DNA of 64,000 bases, from the NCBI GenBank assembly GCA_965112155.1, contig OZ218100.1; one strand, written 5' to 3'. The position numbers were made by a program, and so were the translations under genes. A model generated the notes under the pieces. That model did no database searches. It was given only the letters and a program-made list of their open reading frames with translations, and was not told the DNA's origin. This DNA is from Podarcis liolepis. Taxonomy: Eukaryota. Each line of letters opens with the position of its first letter. The stretch's first letter is position 1. Of the stretch, positions 50,089 through 62,491 are shown in pieces.

Positions 50089-52170
50089 CAGAGCAAATAA
50101 CACTGAAGGTCTTTTCGAGGATTTGCCATGAGTTCACTGAGTGGACAGCCAGAGCTTTCTCAAGTGCTTGATCTGTATATAGAGGCAGCAAAGAGACAAA
50201 AAACAAAACCCCATTCGCACTTAAAATATCACAGTGTATAAGCATTTCTCGCCGCCCCCTTATATTGGAGATTGTGTGGGTGGAAATTGTAATTCATGAA
50301 GTAGTCTTTTCCTTTCTTTTTTTGCAACATCTGGTAATAGCACCCAGTAAAAGCAAAGTTGATAAATAAATAATGATGGCTGGGGTCATGCCATTATTTA
50401 TTTATTCATTTTTGGTTATTTTTATACTGTCGGTGCAAAGGCTCAAGGTGCTTCACACACACAAATACAAATGGAGAAACAGGGCGGTAGCAAGATGCTT
50501 AAAGCTAAGTCTCCAGTATGACTGTGATTCCTGTTTGATTGTCAGGAGTCAGCTAGAAGGAATCCTTAAATTGTCGTGGGATAATGTGTCAGGACAAGCA
50601 GGTTTACTAAACTTTCCCTCCCTCTAATCCATTTTAATTTGCAATTTGCATCACTGCAGAAGAAGAGACTTCTGCAGAACAGGAAGCGGTATGTCCGTTT
50701 CCCCGACCACTCTGGGCGGCTTACAGCACATGAAAAATGTAAAACATCAGACATTAACCTCACATCTCTTGGTCATTTTAAGAGGGCACCAATAAAAAAA
50801 TCTCATGCTTCTTGTGTGAAGCAGTAAGCACAATTACATGTCACCCATCAAGCAATTTCAAATACTATACTTCATTACATATTACCTGTTGGTATATAGA
50901 CCCCTCAACAGCTTAAGGGATTGCCTTGCCCCATTTATATTTGCCCTTTTTATAGTATGACTGGATAAGCACTTTATAGGAATGTTGTCTATTGTACTTT
51001 GTTCTCATTGTTACCTGATTTTTAACTGATTTTAGATGTATTTTGTGGTACTGCAAGACACTTCGAAACATTTTAGTAAAAAGTGGTTAATAAATGCAAT
51101 AAATAATAGCAATAATATCTGCTTGATGTTTACGTTCAAGTCAGAGTAGCACTGTTAAAAAGGTTTCACATATGTTCACCTTGAGAACAAGACAGAGGGC
51201 ATTTATTGTGTCTATGTCTAAGTTTTGGCCAAATACTGTTAAGCAAGTACAACTAGAACGTTGTTCAGATGCCTCAGAACAGAGCTTTTCTGTGCTATAG
51301 CACAACTATTGTTTATTGTGTATTATTGTCAAGATGCTAAATATTTTTTGCTGTTTTATGAGTGTACTGTATTGTTCTAGACACTTTGCTTATTGTGTAG
51401 CATATAAGCCTAGGAGCAAGGTGTGAGGAACCTTTGCCCCCCACATGTTGCTGAACTCTATCATTCCTGGTCATGGGCCATGCTTGCTGGGGCTGATGGG
51501 AATTGTAGTTCGTCAACATCTGGTTATAGTTGTTCAATGCTATCAAATAGCAAATGGCAGAATGGATGGGCTTATGAAACCTAAGAAATCCACTGATTCA
51601 GATCTTATCAGATGTGCAGAAAATCCAGAAGACAGATTTCACCTAACCTGCGCAACATGTAGGCCCTACAAGATGGGTGGCCAACTGTCATGGAAGCTTT
51701 AGTTGAGGTTCCAGCATTGCAAGGGATTTTACTAGATGACCCTCAGGGGTCTCCTTCCAACTCTACAATTCTATGCTTCTGATACCCTTCTTAGCAAGGC
51801 CACAACTGCTCACTCCTAGAGGTAGGTGGCAGGTTTTGCCCTTACTGTCGCATTGCCCACAAGTGCATGGATTTACCATTCGCCAGGAACGAATAACGTC
51901 GCTAGCCCACAGCTGCGTGGCCAATGACACCATCCCATTTGCCCACGGACGCATTGCCGCGCTGCGCCCCTTGCCCGCTGCCCAGGTAGCCCCTGACACA
52001 CACGCAGGACCTCGCGTCGCCCCTCAGAGGCGGCAGCTGCTTTGTGGGTGGGGGGAGCCCAGAAAAGAGGCTCAACCTGCTCAGGCAAGCCTCTGAGCGG
52101 GAAGTCTTCCGGGTCCCTTCGGGCTGGCGGTGCCAAAGCTGCTGCTGACGGGGCTGGAAGAGCCACTCAC

Positions 52171-52242
52171 CGTCGCCCGCTTGCTGCTGGCTGCCTCCCT
52201 TTCGTCCTCGCTTGGCTGGCGTCGTGCTGGAAGAGGCAGCAT
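52171..52242 (-). CDS. candidate first exon of a minus-strand transcript (possible start MLPLPARRQPSEDEREAASSKRAT)
   Basis: Donor ACG|GTGAGT at 52170-52165; ATG with A at -3; 24 codons, phase 0. The exon may be non-coding. Confidence 0.45.
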
Positions 52243-52299
52243 TTTCCCGTCAGGGGGCGACGTGAGGAGGAGGAGGCGGCGGCAGCACGGAGGGGCGGG

Positions 52300-52538
52300 T
52301 GCTATGGGTGACAGGCGGTCACAGGTGCCGCGGCCGCCTCTTGAGTCGGATGAGAGGCGCCTCCGCGCCCCAACCAGCTGCCGCCGCTGCTCCCCTCCCT
52401 CCACCCTGCGCGCTGCTGCTGCTTCAGCCGTCAGCCAAGGGCAGCTCTTCCGAGGCGGCGCGTGCAGGGACAGCAGCACGAGCCGAGCAGCTGCGCGCGA
52501 GGGAGCCGGGGAGAGAGACTCGCGCCTGGCAGAAACCA
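52300..52538 (+). other. candidate first exon of a plus-strand gene (5' end approximate; probably 5' UTR)
   Basis: Donor CCA|GTAAGT at 52539 inside the CpG island; ATGs at 52304 and 52350 are open to the donor but the peptides are not recognisable. Confidence 0.6.
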
Positions 52539-54802
52539 GTAAGTTGCTGCTCCTGCGAGCCGCTGTTTGCAACACGAGCAAGGGAACGGCTGTCGCTGTC
52601 GCTGCAGCCGCGGCGATCTGCTTACTTATTGTTTTATTTTGCATCTCCTCGGCCCGTGAAATCGTGGGGAGGGCAGGAGCGGCGCGTTGCATGCGGGCTT
52701 GGATCGGCCCGGGCTGGAGTCGCGGAAGGGGTTGTCGCGAGGCCACGGCGACGACGACCGGCTGCTCTCGGCTTCGACACACGCGCAGCCCCCCCCCCCC
52801 GCGTTTGGTTTTTTCTTTTTGGCTCAGGCAACGGGGAGTGAGGATTGCGCGGGGAGCCGCCCAGCGCTGTAGGATGGCTCCTGCTTTGTGTGTGATGTCA
52901 GTGAAGAGCGGAGTCGGAGATATAACGGGAGGGTTTTGCGAATGGTGGGGAGAGGTAATGGGGGGGGGAGGCTGTTAAGGTGACACAGGAGCCACTGGCA
53001 GGGCAGGCTCTGAAGCGCGTGTAGCGGCTGCAACGCAGAGAACAGGCGCAGTCCAGCCTGGATAGCCTCGCAGAATGGGCACCCCCGTATCGTAATGCAA
53101 ATAGGGGGCCCTCTAGGGAGAGATTGTGCGCGATCTGCACATAATTTTAATGCGGCGTCTTTGAGAATGAGGAGAAGAGATCTGGGGTTGTGTATCTGTG
53201 TCTCTTGTGTGTTAACGGGCAGGAAATCTCCCAAGCCACCTTCTTACAAATTCTGTCCTGTGTAGAAATTGTCTGTAATTTCCAGTTGGAGCTTTACAGT
53301 GAACTGTGCCTGCTGTCGGTGAGCAGAATCGGTGCATAACCAGATATGAAATTCTAAAGCTGATCTACTGATACCCACACACTGCATGATTATTTATTAC
53401 ACTTCTCATACCACTCTTCCTCTAAAGAGCCCAGGAAGATGTACATGGTTCTCTTGTCCCTCTCCTTTTATCCTCACAACAATCCTGCAAGGTAGTTTAG
53501 GCTGAAGGATGGTGGTGCACTGTCAAAGGGTACTTATGTATTACAGTGTACTTATGTATTACAGTATTTCAGGGCTTAGTATGGATTTGAACCTAGTTCT
53601 TGCTAGTCCTCAGCTGACATTCTAACCACCACTATGCCAGTTTTGCTTTTCTGATTATTATTTTTTAATGTTGTGACAGTTCACATCATCAAGCTTGATA
53701 CCAGGTACATTGACCAGTAGCTGCTCTGTTTTGTAAGCTTTTACATTCATCGAATGAATAAAAATCAATGTGCAGATCCCTCTTTAGCAAAAGCCAGGCG
53801 GGCAGGCATGCAACCCATTTTCATGCACCAATGTTGTCATTCATTAGCACACACGTTAAAGGAGGAGCTCAAACAGGGACCTGGCTTCTTTCATGGTAGT
53901 AAAACTAATGTGTATGCTGGTTGTTTCTTTTTTAATTATTTTAAAACCCTGCGGATTTTGTTTTCTCTGAACCGTATCCAAATGTAAATTGCAAATCTTT
54001 GCTTCAGGAGTCCGTTGTATTTTCTTTTCTTTCTTTTTTATTAAAAAATCAATATTTTCAATTGTGCACTTTTGGACGAACCAATTTAAAATAAAAGGTT
54101 GCTCTCTTACTGAATTACTGCATAGTCAAGCAGCTGTGACCTTAATTGCCTTAAAGGAGATACAGAACAGAAAACCTGGAGTGAGTGCACAAATCCTGGA
54201 AGATAGGCTAGAAGTAGCCCTTACACGTGCACAACTACCATATTTCTGTTAAATCAGCTGACATTTATTTTTCCAGCCATGCTGTGGAGGTGGACATTAA
54301 TTTGAGAGGACATGTTAAATGGAAAGGGGTGTTACCTTAACTCTGCTGTGCTTGCTCTGCCCTTTTCATAGAATCCTTAATTAGGTCTTTGCTTCCCTGT
54401 TTGCTGTTCTGTCAGCTGTAGTTTATGGGCGTTTTTGCATCTGAAGCTTAAATCAGGTTGTGCTTAAATTGGCCTCTAATATTAATGTAAAACAATAGCT
54501 ATAATGTACACTTGATTTACCTTCCTTAATGTAGGAGGGGATAACAGCATTTGTATGTGGTATACAAATAGTACTGAAGGACTCATAAAACGTAAGTAGT
54601 GCCTTTCTGGATCAGAGCAGAAGCCCTGTGTTCAGTCTTCAACAGCACCCAGCCAGATGTTCCTGGGAATCTCAACAAGAGGGCAAGATGGTCTCTACTG
54701 TTTGATCCCAGTTTCTGCTTTGCTGTTGGGTGTAATAGCCATTGATAGACCTCTCCCCCCATGGATTTGTGGGCTCCTTTAGAAATATTACCATGCTAAA
54801 TT

Positions 54803-55152
54803 GGGGTGTGGGTGGCGCTGTGGTCTAAACCATGGAGCCTAGGGCTTGCCGATCAGAAGGTCGGCGGTTTGAATCCCCGCGACGGGGTGAGCTTCCGTTG
54901 CTCGCTCCCAGCTCCTGCCAACCTAGCAGTTTAAAAGCACGTCAAAGTGCAAGTAGATAAATAGGTACCACTCTGGCGGGAAGGTAAACGGCGTTTTCGT
55001 GTGCTGCTCTGGTTCGCCAGAAGCAGCTTTGTCATGCTGGCCACATGACCCGGATGCTGTACGCCGGCTCCCTCAGCCAGTAAAGCGAGATGAGCGCCGT
55101 AACCCCAGAGTCATCCGCAACTGGACCTAACAGTCAGGGGTCCCTTTACCTT
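54803..55152 (+). mobile_element. full-length Sauria SINE
   Basis: Head gggtggcgctgtggtctaaacc...ggtttgaatccc, tail gggtccctttaccttt; 15-bp TSD CCTTTAGAAATATTA (54776-54790, 55149-55163). Confidence 0.93.
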
Positions 55153-58100
55153 TAGAAATATTAAACTGGTGGCCACAATAGCATCACTCTAGCTTGTTTG
55201 TTTGCTGGATTTAGAGCTCAGCCAATCCCAAGGACTCAGCGTCAATAATTATATTAATGTAATCTATCCATCCATATCCCTGTCCACCCAAACCCAATGT
55301 GAATAAAGCTTTCAATCTTATACCACTTCAGCTCAGAGTTTGGTGAGCTTCACAATCTCAAAGTTGTGTGGCATGCCTTAGTGTGACTCCTGTAGGCCCA
55401 GTTTGGTGTATTTTAGAGAGAGTTCCTGATTGGTCTTGGAGGACAGGGTAGGACATAAGACTGCAGATAGTTTCCTAGGTTTGTGGGGCCCTGACCACTT
55501 AGTGAATCCTATAAGTTAACTATGGGTTGTGGTGGAGTACTTATTTCCCTTTATTAGTCCTTTTTAGTGTCAATGTGAAAACTGTGATTTCCCTTAAAAC
55601 TAGGTTAGCCTCATTCTCCCCACAAATATATAGCTCCTTTTAGATGCTGTGTGCTTTACTATGTTAATTACAGTTGGGATACAGCTATTAAATTGTCAGG
55701 GTGTCATCTTGTCAGAGTGTGTGTTAATTTCATTCATTCCATTCCCTTTGGCAGTTTTCCTACATTCACTCTCTATTCTTCACACACTACTAGTAGGGCT
55801 TCCATTTATAGAGAGATGGCAAATATATCTGGTGCAATCAGGGAGTGGCATTTAGTTAGACACAGCTAGAAATGGGCTTTTAAAGGAGTACTTGGGCAGG
55901 GAGTGTGTAAAAACTGGAGTCATTTGTTGTACCCATTTGTCCAAAATTCATCACTGTCCACTGTACAAGGAAACAGGATATTGTTCACAGAGAACAATAA
56001 GAAGCTTTAAGAAGTCTCTCAGTTTCTTGCTGCTTCAGCAGAAAAGGCTATCATTGTCTGTGTGACTTTCACTGATTATTGTCTAGTACTCTAAATTGAT
56101 GCCATTTGGATTACTTGTTCTCACCAACTCCCAGTCTTTTTTACGCTTTGATCCTAAACACATTTGCTTGGAATAGAGGTCATCAGCCCCTCACAAGATG
56201 CTGTGTGTAGTATTCTCATGTTGCAATTTTGAATACAGCACACCGCTGTTAGAAAACCAGGAGGTTCATACAATTTGCAGTTATTGAGACATGTTGCAAT
56301 AATAACCACAAGCTGCCTTCCTGCATACCTTTCTGCAAGTGTAACATATAAAAAGCAGGAGAGGAGTAGCAGTTGTAAAGCTAGGAATGTATGGCAAATG
56401 CTCTGTGTGAAGCCAGAAGAACTGGAGCATATCTCTACACTACAAGCTTATAGATGTCTTAAGTATCGTTACTTCCCCCAAAGAATCTTGGCAACTGTAG
56501 CTCAGTGTGTGTGCCGGGAAGTACAGGAAGGAGGTTCCCACACAGTACTACAATTCCCAGAGCTTTCTCGAGACTGTAGTGCACATATGGCCAGCATTAT
56601 TAATTTAACAACCTCTTCGATAAGCAAACTTCATCATATTTCTGCTCCCTCCAGGAAGCTGGATTCTTTGAAATACGTCAAGCAATGTACAGGTGGTCCA
56701 AAACTCACACACTACGGCAACCTTCACCAGCCTGTGCCTTCCTGATGTTTTGGACTTTGGCTAGGGCTGGTGGGAGTTGTAGGCCAGAACATCTGGAGAG
56801 CGCCCAGTTGGTGAAGGCGGCACTACACAAATCATCTTATGCTATGCAAAAGTGGAGGTAGAACCACCCTGCTCTGCCCTACTTTCATAGTAATCCCACT
56901 CCTACTAGGAATCTTGGGATGAGCCCAGAACCTCCATAAAGGAAGGTCAAGATCATAAAGCTGAGGTCAAGTGGGGCATGGATTGAATTTTATGCGCTTG
57001 TTGGAACAAGGAGGAAAGTTTGCACTCAGCCTGGGAGACAGCCTTTTTATTTAACAACTCATCTGCTAGCCAGAGGCCACCAGGAATTCTGCACAAGCCC
57101 TGAATGAGCTGGCAAGACATGGGACTCCATTTTCCTCCTCCAGGTTGCTTGGTTGAGCAAGGAAGGAAAGTGAACCCCTCAGTGCAGTCCCTTCTCTGCC
57201 AGCTCACTTGGGAGAATACACCTTTTGCTTTCTTTCTGTTTTACTAGCCTGTTAAGAAGCCATTGACCTGGATTTTCATGCTGGATGTGGAGGAAAGGGA
57301 TCCATGAAAATCCAGGATGCTAGCAAGCTCTTAGCAGGCAGGCTAGTAAAATATATTACAGGCAAATAACTTTTGTGGACTCTTACACCAGATCCTGCAT
57401 ACTAGTATTGTAGATCAGATCACAAGATCATGTTTGCAACACTCGTGATGAGAAAGCCAGACAACTAGGTCAAAAATGCCCTTCCTTGCCACTGGGTAAA
57501 GTGGATTAGTTTCAGGGATGAAAATGTTTTCTTCATTCTAGTTAGGCTGTTTATTCAGTGCTAGGGGGAAGGCGACTCCTTCCATGACTCTTCATCATTT
57601 TCATATGACAGGGTCTATTACAACAGGAGATGAAAGGCAAAGGAGTTTACAGTCATTTTAAAGCTTGGGAGGTACTATCAATTATAGCAGTAGGCAAAGC
57701 AATTAACATGAATTTAAAAACATTAACTTGTAGGTAAGCCCTGCTCATCTAAATGGAACATCCTTTTAAAATAAGTGTAGTTGGGATGGCAGCCTTAGAT
57801 GATTTTACGGTCAATTTCTTTTCTTGTTCCAAGTGTATCTACTTGAGTTTTGTTTAACAATCCTTATCCTAAATTAGGATAGCAGATTCTTGAAGTATAG
57901 GGGATAACTATTGGGTTGTGCATTTAAAACCTCTTGCTCAGGGCTGGTGCAGATGCAATACTGGCTCTCTCTCAACCAGCCAGCTGGAAAATTAGGATTT
58001 CATTGCCCTTTCCCCCTTTAGCTTCTTCCTCATATGGACCAAATCCTTCATCCTGCCTAAATCACAGCTAAAGGGCACAGCAAGAGTGCCCCTGTTAACC

Positions 58101-58485
58101 ATGGTTGAAGCTAACCAGGTTCCCTCTTGAGCAGGGTTTGTTAACCAGCTACAAAGCCAGATTTTAAATCCTGGTGAAGCAGGATGTCTAACTTGCATTA
58201 GATGTATTTCATGTCAGTGCTCTTATAGCCATTTATTGTAGTTATGGCAGGGGAGAGGAATTTTCCCAGTGAGGAAACACCACTCCTCCAGCTGTCCTCT
58301 AAAGTGGTCTAGGTGGGAGCACATTTGTGAAGGCCTCTTATTGCGCACCAGCAGACACATTCAAGTGCTTAGGAGGAGTGGGTGGGAATGTAAAAGGCCG
58401 CCCCACCCATTCCCTCCCTCCTCCTGGTCTTAGAACTAGTGCCCAGCCTGCCTTCCCCATTTACAGACTGGGATTAGCTGATTGT

Positions 58486-59062
58486 TGTGATGGGGGTGAG
58501 TAGGGATTTTTTGATCAGCTGCGATTGATTGGCAGTCCCCCCTTTTTTTTGCCTACTCCATACTGTAGAAGAACATGGTTGGAGCACTTAGAGGTGGGAG
58601 CTGAATAAATAGCTTCATTGGTTTGGTCACTTGTCAAGCGCGTGTGAGAAAGGGAAGAGGCTGGCACAAAGAGCACCCTGAGGCGCTTTTCGGGTGTATG
58701 GTTATTCCAAAGACTATCACTTTTCAGGTTGTGTGATTCATAGGGCAGGTTATAGATCAGTTTTGAGGCTAACCTATTTGGAGTTGTGGGGTCTAAGGGG
58801 GTGTGAGTCAGGAAACCCTCCTTCTTCAGCTGAAGGAGTCGAGTGCAGTGAAGACGCAGTATTAAGGCCAACTTTTTCCCCTGCAGCACAGGCTCACCCA
58901 ATCGTAATATGCCTAGCAGACTGATAAATAATATGGAATATTTCCCACGCATTGGCTTCCTTCCCCTCTGAGTATCATAAGTTTACAACTTGTCATTAAT
59001 AAAGTGGTATGTGTTTGAACTCACACCTTGCGTCTTGCCTGTTTATTTCTGGTATCCTCACA
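58486..59062 (+). mobile_element. solo LTR, 577 bp (ERV-like)
   Basis: TGTGA...TCACA ends, 6-bp flank GATTGT/GAATGT (1 mismatch), AATAAA 58998-59003 followed by a GT-rich tract. Confidence 0.7.
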
Positions 59063-59132
59063 GAATGTACAGTTTAGTGGCCCTGTTTAATCATGTTTAA
59101 GAGACAGGCAGCATTTCACCTGCTCTGGTAAC

Positions 59133-59169
59133 AACAAACAAACAAACAAACAAACAAACAAACAAACAA
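59133..59169. repeat. (AAAC)n microsatellite
   Basis: Direct reading. Confidence 0.95.
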
Positions 59170-60549
59170 GTTATTCAAAAAGAACAGTACAGAAGAGGAA
59201 GTGATGATCTACCCCAGCTAAACAACGGAAATTGAGTGGATATAATAAGTTTTAATCTGATGCCTCCATCATGGCCTACTGTAGGTAGATAATTATTGTT
59301 TCCCTAATATTATTTTCATCTTGATTCTAAGCATGTTTCCGTGAAATGAGTAAGTCCATTGATTTCAGAGGTTTTGCTTCCAAGAAAGTGTGCCTGGGAT
59401 TGTGGTGTTGTCTTCCTTTCTTCAGTGATTTGATGCAAGTCTCACTAATTTCAGTAGAAATTGCTTCCAGATTGTCACACATCTGCACTTGAGGGATAGT
59501 AAAATTCTTCATGCCTCTCAGCAGGATGATATAGATGACAAAGCTACCCTGTGGTGAGAAATTTCACCTCAGAGTAGTTTATCTTTGTGGGAAGAGACTG
59601 AGAGACATTAACCACAAAAAGTAAAAATGGGGTATCAGAAAGTACCATTGGTGCTAAGATACCTTTCTCTTCAGAGGATTTCTTGGATACAATTTATATT
59701 CACGCTAAGGATGATTTCACATATGCTATAATATAAATTGATAACCAGAAAAGTATGAAACTGCTACCATCCCCTTGTTCATTCAAGCTGTTACCTCAAA
59801 ATGGAAACTAATTGAATATTCGTATTACATATTAGCTATCACTTTTGATGGGTTTACTGTATATCTTTTCTGATAAGTTAGAACCTATTTAATTGTCTTA
59901 GTTTCCTCTGCTCAAGGAATTGTCAGGTTTCTTTGGGGATCCCTTGCAAAGACTTACAAGCAGTCTCAAATAACTTCATTTCCCAGGATTCCCTGAGGCA
60001 AGGTGTGACAATTAAACTGGTATAAATACTGTTGATGTGTATGGCGTAAAGTTGCATTTCAGATTATGGCTACCAGCCACCCAATCTGGAAATGGGGAGG
60101 AACCAAATCTGCATTGGCTCCTTTTTGGCTTGTAGGCATAAGGTGCCCTAGAAAATTTTAATAGGTTTCAATGCTCACCACACCATCTGTTTGTTCCTTG
60201 CTTCTATCCTAACTTTTCAGATCAACCTCCTGCACCTTCTTGACGGTACCATTCATGTGCCAGCTTCAGTCAGCAAGGGCACATAGAGAGGCATTGCACG
60301 TGGTTGCTCTGTAATTGTAAAAATCTGTTCCCTTTAAAGCCCATCAAAATCCAAGTCCGGGTGCCATGTTGAATCGCTGGAAGGTTGATTTGTTTGGGCT
60401 GATACTGTCCTAGAAAGAAGAAGATTGATTTGTTTGGGCTGATGCTCTACTAGAGAGGAGAAATGTGGCTAGATACCCGAACAAATAAACTGCTTCCAGG
60501 GGTCCCCCTCCCTGCCTTTGGCATGTGGCTAGTGCTTATTATCTTAAGT

Positions 60550-60685
60550 CAGTGATGGCCAAACTTGGCCCTCCAGCTGTTTTTGGACTACAACTCCCAT
60601 CATCCCTAGCTAACTGGACCAGTAGTCAGGGATGATGGGAACTGTAGTCCCAAAGCAGCCGGAGGGCCGAGTTTGGCCATCACTG
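60550..60685. mobile_element. hAT MITE, 136 bp, palindromic
   Basis: TIRs CAGTGATGGCCAAACT / AGTTTGGCCATCACTG; perfect 8-bp TSD TCTTAAGT. Confidence 0.93.
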
Positions 60686-62145
60686 TCTTAAGTGAAAGAA
60701 CTCGATTTAGGCTTTTATGCCCACCTGTCATGGAAGTCCTTATTCTCAATTCTACGGATGTGCAGACAGGCTTGGTGGTAAGGGAAAGAATTCTCTACAT
60801 ACTCAGAGGCTTGGCGTTTATACTTAGCATATTCCCTGCCTCGTATTGCAAATATATTCTTTCATTGAACCCTGGCGATCCCTGCATGTGGCAAATTGCT
60901 TGAAAGGGTTTATTTTCCTAAACCTATTCTTTATCCTACAGGCAGCAGCTGTGGCACAATGTGTCTCCCCCACCCTCTTGCTGGTAGGCATGGAAGAATG
61001 CACCTCTCCGTTCAGGGAGTTATGCTGTCTGAACTTCAGATACAAACCAGCGCTAGAATTCTGATTTTGGAACAGAGTCTGACATATATCTGATACACAT
61101 ATCCAGACACATCTGGATATTTGGCTCTTAAAAGGAATTCTCAAATGTCACTCTCTATTACCAAGCTGGCATTTTACATGCGTTTTGTAAACTATATTAT
61201 GTTTTACAGAAGAGGCAAATTTTTCTCTCTCTTCATGCATGTTTCACATATTGTTTGTATGGGAGTAACTGGATCTTCTCATCTAGGCCAGAGTTAATTT
61301 AGACTAAAATCGCTTTAAATTGCCTACCACAATTAGTCATTGACTATCATTTTGCATTTGATATAACCCCCTCTAGCTTTGCTATAAAATCAAATTAACT
61401 GTTGAGGGTAATATGGTTTAACTTAGATTCCTAAACTCCCTTTAATTCAATTTATTCTCTGAGGTGAACAAGCTAGAGCTGGGATGTTGTGGAAGACAAG
61501 AGACATATACTATTATTTTGTCTATGTTTTTCAGGATGCACATTCCATATACACAGTGAAGGGTCTGTTTTCAGTTAGAGATACCAAGAGCTGAGTAATC
61601 TTAGGATGTCTAGAATGCCTGCTGCCAGTGTTACTAATGATAAATTCCCAGTAGGGAGTTGTCTTTGCTGTCGGATTACCATTTACGTTTTCAAATTCTG
61701 ATAATGAGCTCTACTTTGGGCAAACAATCCATTGTGGGGCTTTGGTTACTATATTCTCAGCCCCACCCCCCAATAAAATTCTATTCAATTCTGCTAATAA
61801 CTTTGTAGGTAGTGGTGATCAGTTCCCATTCCGGCCCATTCTCAAAGCCATATTGACTATGGCAGCTGCTGCATGAACTGACTTCCACATGCAGGCATGA
61901 CCACATGAAGGCCAATGGCATGGCTTCATTTTCATTGACGTTGAGTTTGCATTGACAGGCTGCTAGTGTGGCTTATTAAGTGCTCAAGAATAGTGTGCAA
62001 AAACCATAAGATGTTGTTTTTTGCATAGCATTGGCCTTCAGTGACCCTCACTGAGCATGCGGCCAGCAGGAGAAAGTTAGTATGCCTTGTGGCCACTGTA
62101 ATGGAGGTGGTTGTGACAATATGCTTCCACAGATAATATGCTAGA

Positions 62146-62491
62146 GGGACACAGGTGGCACTGTGGTCTAAACCACTGAGCCTCTTGGGCTTGCCAGTCA
62201 GAAGGTTGGCAGTTCGAATCCCTGCAACCCCATTGCTCTGTCCCAGCACCTGCCAACCTAACAGTTCGAAAGCATTCCCTTGCAAGTAGATAAATAGGTA
62301 CCACTGCAGCAGGAAGGTAAACGGGGTTTCCATGCGTTCTGGTTTACATCACAGTGTTCCGTTGCGCCAGAAGCAGTTTAGTCATGCTGGCCACATGAAC
62401 GCTGATCCCTTGGCCTGAAAGTGAGATGAGCGCCACAACCCCATAGTCGCCTTTGACTGGACTTAACCATCCAGGGGTCCTTTACCTTTTA
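62146..62491 (+). mobile_element. Sauria SINE (older subfamily)
   Basis: gggacacaggtggcactgtggtctaaacc...gcaagtagataaataggtacc...ggggtcctttaccttt. Confidence 0.9.

Larger units (their letters stand above)
51880..53160. promoter_or_regulatory. CpG island, probable bidirectional promoter
   Basis: Abrupt GC/CpG enrichment; GC box GGGGCGGG ~52292; CTCF-like CCGTCAGGGGGCGA 52247-52260; consensus donors facing outward on both strands. Confidence 0.9.

Noticed and set aside
52171-52538. Assigning gene names to the head-to-head pair
   Set aside because: No diagnostic coding exon in the window; any symbol would be a guess.
51763-53234. Long overlapping ORFs (233, 282, 180 aa) in the CpG island
   Set aside because: Expected from stop-codon scarcity in GC-rich DNA; Arg/Ala/Pro-rich, no domain, and they run through splice donors.
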